Shown here in pieces: positions 25,545 to 32,000 of a stretch of DNA of 32,000 nt (position 1 is its first letter; every line of letters begins with the position of its first letter). The stretch comes from an uncultured Alphaproteobacteria bacterium (GTDB lineage Bacteria > Pseudomonadota > Alphaproteobacteria > Rs-D84): NCBI GenBank assembly GCA_963931495.1, contig OZ007020.1, forward strand, positions 390,001 to 422,000, written 5' to 3'. Under the pieces are notes generated by a model, which did not search any database, was not told the origin of the DNA, and worked only from the letters and a program-made list of their open reading frames with translations. Both the position numbers and the translations under genes were made by a program.

Positions 25545-26402
25545 TTATCGGGTGCGCTGTAAAACAACAACTGATTCACTGTTTGGGTTTTTGCGGTCTT
25601 GGTCCACACGCATTATTTTTGCCCAATTTTGAAATCTGGATGCCAAATATTGGTACACTTTGTCCTGTTTTTGTATCCCCATGCGACCAGCCTGGGCGAT
25701 AATGTACCCATTTGGACGCACGTATGGACGCAAATTCAGTAATATATCGTGCATTTGGGCACTGCGTAAATATTCAAATATATTTGACAGATTTATCACG
25801 TCGTATTCGCGCGTCAGATGTGTGTGCAGTGATTCAATGTCGGTCCATATGAAATTGAACGGTTGTGATATTTTTTTACGCATTCCATCATATTCTGATT
25901 CTGTGGGAATGTTTTCTTGGTAATATATTGGTTCTATGCCTTGGCTGAATATCGCGCATTTTGGCATGCTTTGAACAAATTGACGGCTGGCATCTGGTAC
26001 AGATGGTAATATCTGGGCCAGGCCGGCGTCGTATGTGCAATTGTGCATATCGTTCAACAGGGTTATATAATCTGGACGTGATAATTTATGCAAGGCTGTG
26101 GATTTTATATCCATCGCCACTTTGGCACAAAAAGATACATCAAATGTATCAATATGCTTTGCACCACGCAGTGCGTAAAACATTGGTTGGTCCCCACTGG
26201 CCGCGACCGTCAATACATTATCGCATATCCCAGATGTTAATCCAGAAATCCAACGAATGTTTTCGTTCGTTAAAACGTATGACGGCGAATATTTGGCAAA
26301 CATAGGATTGCTTACATTACTGTATATGCCAACGCCGTCACCGTGCCGGATATAGCACTGTTTCGCATCGTAAATATTAAAAGTTCGTTCTGGTCGTTTC
26401 AT
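25545..26402 (-). CDS. SAM-dependent methyltransferase-fold protein, DUF3419/BtaA-like (tentative)
   Basis: 285 aa. ...NVLTVAASGDQPMFYALRGAKHIDTFDVSFCAKVAMDIKSTALHKL... resembles the DUF3419 pattern (vl.I.SaGdn.l.yll...a..v.avD.n..Q..ll.lK.aa...L). A later YDVINLSNIFEYL motif is also present. An AAGGGA SD is present. The assignment comes from motif memory only. Confidence 0.5.
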   Translation of the reverse strand: MKRPERTFNIYDAKQCYIRHGDGVGIYSNVSNPMFAKYSPSYVLTNENIRWISGLTSGICDNVLTVAASGDQPMFYALRGAKHIDTFDVSFCAKVAMDIKSTALHKLSRPDYITLLNDMHNCTYDAGLAQILPSVPDASRQFVQSMPKCAIFSQGIEPIYYQENIPTESEYDGMRKKISQPFNFIWTDIESLHTHLTREYDVINLSNIFEYLRSAQMHDILLNLRPYVRPNGYIIAQAGRMGIQKQDKVYQYLASRFQNWAKIMRVDQDRKNPNSESVVVLQRTR

Positions 26403-26526
26403 CTTTATGTCCCTTAAATATATAGTACTGGAATAAAAAATGTCAAGTTGTTAATTTTTTATAAAAAATGTTTTCAATAACTTTGTAAAATGTGATAAAA
26501 TTAAATAAATTGTTGAGGGGTTTTTC

Positions 26527-29403
26527 ATGAAAAAATTACTGACCAGTATGATAATTTGCCTGGGCTTTATTGCCGGTGCGGATGCGGCGGTACGCAGCCA
26601 GTCGGCAACAACGGTTAATCGTGGGGCGGCGGCAACAAATACGTCAACGCGTGCAACGGCAACGGCGCGTGCGGCAACCACGGCGCGCAGTGCAACGCAA
26701 CCACGGGCCACAACGGCGCGCGCCGCCACAACGGGGCGCACCACGGTCAGTCGTACCAGCGCCGCAACATCATCAACACCAACAGTCGCGGCGCGTGCCG
26801 CCACAACACAAAAAGTGTTGAATGCCGGTACCAGTGTCCAGGCGGCAAATGAAAATATTGTTGTCAGTGCAGATTGTCGCCAAAAGTATTATGGATGCAT
26901 GGATTCGTTCTGTATGCTGGATAATGACAGTGGTGGGCGCTGTATTTGCAGTGACAGAAATGCTGAACTGGATGCCATTTTAGACAAAATTCAACAACTG
27001 GACCAGCAAAGTTATCAAATGGCAACGTACGGTGTTGAACGTATAGAAATGGGGGCTGATGCGGATGCGGCAATCGCAAATGCAAATGCTGTGGCACAGT
27101 CTATTATTGATTCTGTCCCAGAAGAAGAACCAGCCAAGCGAGAGTTTAAGTTGGATTTATCATTATGGGATACGTCCAGTTTATATTCAGATAATGTATT
27201 TGATGAAACTGTTATGGTTGACCCGATTGAAGGTAAAGAAGGTGACGCGTTGTACCAGGCATCACACGCCATTTGTGCACAACAAATACCAGAATGTGCC
27301 GCGGATATGAATATGCTGCAATTAATGTATGCACAACAAATTCGTTCAGATTGCAGCGCGTATGAAAACAGCCTGAAACAGCAACAAAACGCCAGTGCAC
27401 AAAAATTGGCCGCCGCAGAACAGGCGTTGCGCAGCGCGGCACTGGAACAATATCGCAGCGCAAACAAGTATGATCTGGGGCAATGTACGGTTGAATTCAA
27501 AAATTGTATGATAACAACCGGTGGGTGTGGCGATGACTTTGCCGGCTGTGCAACAGTTGCGGCGTTTGATGCAACAAATACACGCGGTCGGGCCAGTGAT
27601 GCAGAAAAATATTCAATCAAAGGCGCTGTTACAGAAATAGAAATTAATGCGTCAACGTACGATATTTTGTTGTCTAAAAAGCCGTTGTGCGAAAGCGTGA
27701 CTCAGCAATGTGTTAATGTTGCCGATCAAGTTTGGGATACTTTTTTGCGTGATATTGCGCCCCAGGTAAAGTCAGCGGAATTAATTGCCGAAGATAATGC
27801 GCGCCAAAATTGCATTGGTAACATATCGTCATGTTTTCAACAGGCGTGTCGTGATACCATGGATCCAAATGATCCAGATGGTTCGTATGATATGTGTCTG
27901 ACACGGCCAGAAACAATGCTGGACTTATGTACAGTGCCGTTGAATGCATGTGAAATTTCTACGACGTCGGCGGCCGAAGCAGAGGCGTCGCCAATATGGG
28001 AATTTGTGGTTGCGCGTTTGCAATCAATGCGTGTGAATTCGTGTACAACCCAGGTTAAAGAATGTCTGCAATCCGAAGACAGATGTGGTTCGGATTATAC
28101 GCAGTGCATCGGTATGGATTCGTATACGATTATTCGGATGTGTCCACAAGAATTGCTGATTGGATGCCAAGGATATGATGGTGGCACCACCAGGGGGGTA
28201 AGTTCAGACAGCCAGGATGCGTTCTATTCCAGTTTGGAAAATATGATTCAAGGTATATTCTTGAATATTGATAACAACATGTTGGCCGAATGCCAGAATG
28301 CCGCGAACGAAGCAATGATAAGTGTTTGTGGGGATACGGAAAATTGTGACAGTTTGGCGGTTGATGATTCTGTGGGGGCAAATACGTTGGAATACAAGAT
28401 ATGCCAAATAAAATCGGGATCTGGTACAGATATTGATTATAACAATTGTGTGACTGATTTGTCCCAGATATCTGATGCGGCGTTGGGACGTGGCGGCGGC
28501 AAGGCAGCAAATTATGCAATTGTAATTGATGGTGAAATTGATTGGGGCGAAATATCGTTTGATGACGAAGGACGCGTTGTGTTGGGCGATGTTCCAGATA
28601 CCACAACCACATCAGACACGACCGCCACAGCAAATGCAAACGCCAGTGTGGCAACTGTTGCAAACGAACCGTTGACAGCGGCGACAACATTGCAACCGGT
28701 TATCGCATTAAACAGAACGCCGGTGGTTACAACAACGGCCCCAGAATTGGCGGCGTCGGAACAAGAACTGAATGCAGAATTGGTGTTGTTACAGAATAAT
28801 ATTAATAATGCGATTAACACAATTGAATCAAATGCCCAGGTTAATTTCTGTATGACGGGGCGCGAAGTTCAAGGTATCCGCAATGTCGTTGACAGAACGC
28901 AAGAAGGGGGCCGGTTCCCAAGTCTGACCAAGCAAATGCGTATGCTGATTGCGTCGTCGGCAATCAAGGCGGCAATGGATAACTATTATGAAAGATATGA
29001 AGAACTGACGCAAAGAAAGATGCAAGACTATGTCACGATGAATGAACGTATTGCGGAAATAAATAATCAAAATACGTTGGATGCACGTCGTGAAGCAGCG
29101 CGTATCGCGTGTGTTGAATTGGCCGAAAGTGATGGCGCATCTGGTGATGATACAGAAAATTCAACCCAGCAAAGCACAACGGTTGCATCATTAAACGGCC
29201 AACCGGGTGGACCGTTGGCGGGTGCCAGAGAGACCGCAAACGATTGGAATTATAAAGAAACAATAACATCAACGTTTGATTGGGAAACATTGGCCTGTAC
29301 CAGATGCACACGTAAACAAAATTGTTTAGATCCCAAGGGTGGCAGAAGGTTCTGTAAAGAATGGGAAGATCCAGTTGAAACATGCACAACGGTTGAATTC
29401 TGA
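26527..29403 (+). CDS. Giant secreted cysteine-rich protein, paralog 1 (958 aa), unknown family
   Basis: GAGGGG SD. Signal peptide MKKLLTSMIICLGFIAGADA|A. An Arg/Ala/Thr low-complexity tract follows (TRATATARAATTARSATQPRATTARAATTGRTTVSRTSAATSS...). After that comes about 800 aa with many Cys in conserved pairs (CRQKYYGCMDSFCMLDNDSGGRCICSD...) interspersed with Q/A/E-rich predicted helical stretches. It ends ...CTRCTRKQNCLDPKGGRRFCKEWEDPVETCTTVEF. Confidence 0.85.
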   Translation: MKKLLTSMIICLGFIAGADAAVRSQSATTVNRGAAATNTSTRATATARAATTARSATQPRATTARAATTGRTTVSRTSAATSSTPTVAARAATTQKVLNAGTSVQAANENIVVSADCRQKYYGCMDSFCMLDNDSGGRCICSDRNAELDAILDKIQQLDQQSYQMATYGVERIEMGADADAAIANANAVAQSIIDSVPEEEPAKREFKLDLSLWDTSSLYSDNVFDETVMVDPIEGKEGDALYQASHAICAQQIPECAADMNMLQLMYAQQIRSDCSAYENSLKQQQNASAQKLAAAEQALRSAALEQYRSANKYDLGQCTVEFKNCMITTGGCGDDFAGCATVAAFDATNTRGRASDAEKYSIKGAVTEIEINASTYDILLSKKPLCESVTQQCVNVADQVWDTFLRDIAPQVKSAELIAEDNARQNCIGNISSCFQQACRDTMDPNDPDGSYDMCLTRPETMLDLCTVPLNACEISTTSAAEAEASPIWEFVVARLQSMRVNSCTTQVKECLQSEDRCGSDYTQCIGMDSYTIIRMCPQELLIGCQGYDGGTTRGVSSDSQDAFYSSLENMIQGIFLNIDNNMLAECQNAANEAMISVCGDTENCDSLAVDDSVGANTLEYKICQIKSGSGTDIDYNNCVTDLSQISDAALGRGGGKAANYAIVIDGEIDWGEISFDDEGRVVLGDVPDTTTTSDTTATANANASVATVANEPLTAATTLQPVIALNRTPVVTTTAPELAASEQELNAELVLLQNNINNAINTIESNAQVNFCMTGREVQGIRNVVDRTQEGGRFPSLTKQMRMLIASSAIKAAMDNYYERYEELTQRKMQDYVTMNERIAEINNQNTLDARREAARIACVELAESDGASGDDTENSTQQSTTVASLNGQPGGPLAGARETANDWNYKETITSTFDWETLACTRCTRKQNCLDPKGGRRFCKEWEDPVETCTTVEF
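26733..26862 (+). repeat. Near-identical block 1, copy in paralog 1
   Basis: 130 bp matching 29615-29744 with 2 mismatches, by manual alignment. It spans the end of the Arg/Ala/Thr tract and the sequence VLNAGTSVQAANEN. Confidence 0.85.
27481..28107 (+). repeat. Near-identical block 2, copy in paralog 1 (perfect core 27547-28049)
   Basis: Matches 30306-30932 at an offset of 2825. I see mismatches only at 27504, 27546 and after 28049. The identical 78-aa antisense track ORFs 27713..27949 and 30538..30774 confirm it. Confidence 0.9.
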
Positions 29404-29417
29404 TTGGGACGGGATAA

Positions 29418-32000
29418 ATGAAAAGACTGGTTGCGATTTTATTAATGTTGCTGGTTATTCCTGGGGCGGATGCGGCAACACGCGGACAGAGTGCAACGGT
29501 GTCGCGTGGAAATGATGCGTCGTCGTCCACTGCAACGCGGGCGACCGCGGCGCGTGCCGCAACCACAGCACGTAGCGCGGCGGTGCCACAAACGTCGGCA
29601 CGTGCCGCCACATCGGGGCGCACCACGGTCAGTCGTACCAGCGCCGCAACATCATCAACACCAACAGTCGCGGCGCGCGCCGCCACAACACAAAAAGTGT
29701 TGAATGCCGGTACCAGTGTCCAGGCGGCAAATGAAAATACTGTTATCCAAAATCAGTGCCTTGAAAAATATTATGGTTGTATGGATTCGTTCTGTATGCT
29801 GGATAATGAAAATGGCGGTCGCTGTATTTGCAGTGATAAGAATGCAGAATATGATCAAATCTTGGCGGATATAGAACGTTTGGACCAGCAGAGTTATCAA
29901 ATGGCGACTGTTGGGGTGGAAAGTATTGAATCAGGATTTGATGCAACAGCGGCGATAAGTTCGGTGGTGAAAGATGACAGTGGTGTTGATTTGTCACTGT
30001 GGGACGCATACACCGTGATGGATGATTTGGATTCGGGTTCTGCAAATCCGTTAAGTGGCAAAGAAGGGGATGCGCTGTTTAATGCATCGCACCAACTATG
30101 TGCCCAGCAAATGCCCGAATGTAATGAACAGTTAAGTATGCTGTCACTGATGTATCGCCAGCAAATTCGTTCCGATTGCACGGCGTATGAAAACAGTTTG
30201 AATCAACAAAAACAAGCCAGCCAACAAAAATTAGCCGCGGCCCAAACGGCGTTACGCCAGGCGTCATATGAACAACTGCAAGCGGCGAATAAGTACGACT
30301 TGGGTCAATGTACGGTTGAATTCAAAAACTGTATGATAACAACCGGTGGGTGTGGCGATGACTTTGCCGGGTGTGCAACAGTTGCGGCGTTTGATGCAAC
30401 AAATACACGCGGTCGGGCCAGTGATGCAGAAAAATATTCAATCAAAGGCGCTGTTACAGAAATAGAAATTAATGCGTCAACGTACGATATTTTGTTGTCT
30501 AAAAAGCCGTTGTGCGAAAGCGTGACTCAGCAATGTGTTAATGTTGCCGATCAAGTTTGGGATACTTTTTTGCGTGATATTGCGCCCCAGGTAAAGTCAG
30601 CGGAATTAATTGCCGAAGATAATGCGCGCCAAAATTGCATTGGTAACATATCGTCATGTTTTCAACAGGCGTGTCGTGATACCATGGATCCAAATGATCC
30701 AGATGGTTCGTATGATATGTGTCTGACACGGCCAGAAACAATGCTGGACTTATGTACAGTGCCGTTGAATGCATGTGAAATTTCTACGACGTCGGCGGCC
30801 GAAGCAGAGGCGTCGCCAATATGGGAATTTGTGGTTGCGCGTTTGCAATCAATGCGTGTGAATTCGTGTACAACGCAATTCAAAGAATGTTTGCAATCCG
30901 AAGACAGATGTGGTTCGGATTATACACAGTGCGTTGGACTGGATACAGATACAATCGTGCGGATGTGCCCGTATGACGCGTTGCCCGGATGCCAGCAGGT
31001 TTATGGCAGTAATGAAATTCGCGATGATGCCGTATATGACGAATTATATGAATTCGCCCAGGGAATATTCTTGGGCATAGACAACAATATGTTGGAATAT
31101 TGCCAGTCTGCGTTGGATGAAGCGGTCATAGAAGTTTGCGGTTCAACAGATTCCTGTGACCAGTACATGTTAAATCAAGATGTTGGTACGCGTTCATTGG
31201 ATTACAAAATCTGTGATATCCAGGTTATTGATGGTACGGATATTGCGTATTCAAATTGTCGGACAACGGCATCGCAAATAACAGATGTTGAATTGGGACG
31301 CAATGCAACCGGACAAATTTCACCGTTGGGTGGCGTTATTACAGGTACAATTTATTGGGACAGTGTTGATGTTGACAGCAATGGCAACATTACCCCGGTT
31401 GATGAATATTTCGTAAATGCAGATTTGACAGATGCATCAGATTCAGAAAAAGAAATGGTGGCGTTGGAATTGGGGGCGTTACAGACCAATATAGATATGG
31501 TGTTTGGTATGATTGAATCTGACCCGACCGTACAATTCTGTATGAGTGGCCGTGAAGTTCAGGGTATTAAACCGTATTCTGGGGAAACAAAACCACGGTT
31601 CCCAGAATTAACCAAACAGGTACGTATGCAGATTGCAACATCGGCACTGAATGCCGCGCGGGATAATTATTACCAGCGATATGATGAATTAAATGAACAA
31701 ATGAGCAAAGATAATATTGAAATCGCCGAACGTATTGCCGCGGTCAGTGGTGAAAATGCAAAAGATGTTCGTCGTGAAGCCGCACGCCAGGCATGTGTGA
31801 ACTTGGCAGATATGTCTGGTATGCCAAAGTCAGAGACACCAAAATCACTGGTTGGAACAATTATTGCCGCCGCGGTTATCGCGACATCGGCGGTTCTGAT
31901 TACAGTGTTCAGTGCAGGGATTGGTGGGTTGGTCGGGCTGGCAGCAACAGTTACAGCCAAAAGCGCCATTGTCGCGGCGGCACCAATAGTATATGTGGCC
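29418..32000 (+). CDS. Giant secreted cysteine-rich protein, paralog 2 (first 861 codons; continues beyond the window)
   Basis: Not in the ORF track because there is no stop codon before the window end. The ATG is 14 nt after the paralog 1 stop. Signal peptide MKRLVAILLMLLVIPGADA|A. It has the same Arg/Ala/Thr tract and the same Cys framework (CLEKYYGCMDSFCMLDNENGGRCICSD...). The last roughly 50 codons in the window are hydrophobic (LVGTIIAAAVIATSAVLITVFSAGIGGLVGLAATV...). Confidence 0.85.
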   Translation, partial: MKRLVAILLMLLVIPGADAATRGQSATVSRGNDASSSTATRATAARAATTARSAAVPQTSARAATSGRTTVSRTSAATSSTPTVAARAATTQKVLNAGTSVQAANENTVIQNQCLEKYYGCMDSFCMLDNENGGRCICSDKNAEYDQILADIERLDQQSYQMATVGVESIESGFDATAAISSVVKDDSGVDLSLWDAYTVMDDLDSGSANPLSGKEGDALFNASHQLCAQQMPECNEQLSMLSLMYRQQIRSDCTAYENSLNQQKQASQQKLAAAQTALRQASYEQLQAANKYDLGQCTVEFKNCMITTGGCGDDFAGCATVAAFDATNTRGRASDAEKYSIKGAVTEIEINASTYDILLSKKPLCESVTQQCVNVADQVWDTFLRDIAPQVKSAELIAEDNARQNCIGNISSCFQQACRDTMDPNDPDGSYDMCLTRPETMLDLCTVPLNACEISTTSAAEAEASPIWEFVVARLQSMRVNSCTTQFKECLQSEDRCGSDYTQCVGLDTDTIVRMCPYDALPGCQQVYGSNEIRDDAVYDELYEFAQGIFLGIDNNMLEYCQSALDEAVIEVCGSTDSCDQYMLNQDVGTRSLDYKICDIQVIDGTDIAYSNCRTTASQITDVELGRNATGQISPLGGVITGTIYWDSVDVDSNGNITPVDEYFVNADLTDASDSEKEMVALELGALQTNIDMVFGMIESDPTVQFCMSGREVQGIKPYSGETKPRFPELTKQVRMQIATSALNAARDNYYQRYDELNEQMSKDNIEIAERIAAVSGENAKDVRREAARQACVNLADMSGMPKSETPKSLVGTIIAAAVIATSAVLITVFSAGIGGLVGLAATVTAKSAIVAAAPIVYVA
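29615..29744 (+). repeat. Near-identical block 1, copy in paralog 2
   Basis: Matches 26733-26862 at an offset of 2882. The identical antisense track ORF N-termini (MAARAATVGVDDVAALVRLTVVRP) corroborate the match. Confidence 0.85.
30306..30932 (+). repeat. Near-identical block 2, copy in paralog 2 (perfect core 30372-30874)
   Basis: See 27481-28107. The flanking coding sequence of the two paralogs is far more diverged. Confidence 0.9.

Noticed and set aside
26451-26804. Minus-strand ORFs 26451..26804 and 29033..29686 with identical N-termini (MAARAATVGVDDVAALVRLTVVRP...)
   Set aside because: They are antisense artefacts of the GC-rich Arg/Ala/Thr-coding tracts of the two giant paralogs. Their identity just reflects the conversion block, and they read through intergenic and signal-peptide regions without any start context.
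27015-28690. Minus-strand ORFs 27015..27620 (201 aa) and 28130..28690 (186 aa), plus other internal ORFs in both frames
   Set aside because: All are nested antisense or out of frame within the 958-aa paralog 1 CDS. That CDS has a coherent signal peptide, a conserved Cys framework, and a paralog supporting its frame.

Overview
AT-leaning bacterial chromosome segment. The r-protein sequences and gene order look proteobacterial, possibly alphaproteobacterial, but that lineage call is low confidence.

**Core (about 5.6-25.2 kb, + strand).** This is the str/S10/spc/alpha ribosomal supercluster: rpsL-rpsG-fusA-tuf-rpsJ-rplC-rplD-rplW-rplB-rpsS-rplV-rpsC-rplP-rpmC-rpsQ-rplN-rplX-rplE-rpsN-rpsH-rplF-rplR-rpsE-rpmD-rplO-secY-rpsM-rpsK-[antisense small secreted ORF]-rpoA-rplQ. 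It is ordinary in content. Three things are unusual: long hairpin-bearing intergenic spacers, a repeated hairpin before rplE and rplR, and an opposite-strand insertion between rpsK and rpoA.

**Left flank.** It holds a partial acyl-CoA synthetase (- strand), tRNA-Pro(CGG) and mltG. After these comes a small surface-protein islet: a frameshifted OM beta-barrel gene, a tiny XRE-like HTH gene, a second beta-barrel paralog, and a Cys-rich CxxCP-repeat secreted protein.

**Right flank.** It holds a DUF3419/BtaA-like methyltransferase-fold gene (- strand) and two tandem, very large, cysteine-rich secreted paralogs of unknown family. These paralogs are mosaic: a 503-bp stretch is perfectly identical between them, inside otherwise clearly diverged genes.

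**Most interesting non-coding signal.** I count three copies of an RNA element I cannot classify, at about 3274-3441 (-), 4561-4742 (+) and 25310-25418 (+). Each has a promoter-like -10, conserved hairpins and an intrinsic terminator, and shows mutually exclusive CTCCAACC/GGTTGGAGG/CCTCCAACCAC pairing. Two of the copies end about 20 nt before an ORF.

**Genes missing from the supplied ORF track.** I read three from the sequence: the edge-truncated acyl-CoA synthetase, rpmD (59 aa), and the second giant paralog, which runs off the right edge.

**Limits.** No known defence, toxin-antitoxin, CRISPR or mobile-element signatures were recognised. All function calls for the non-ribosomal genes are motif-level readings without database searches.
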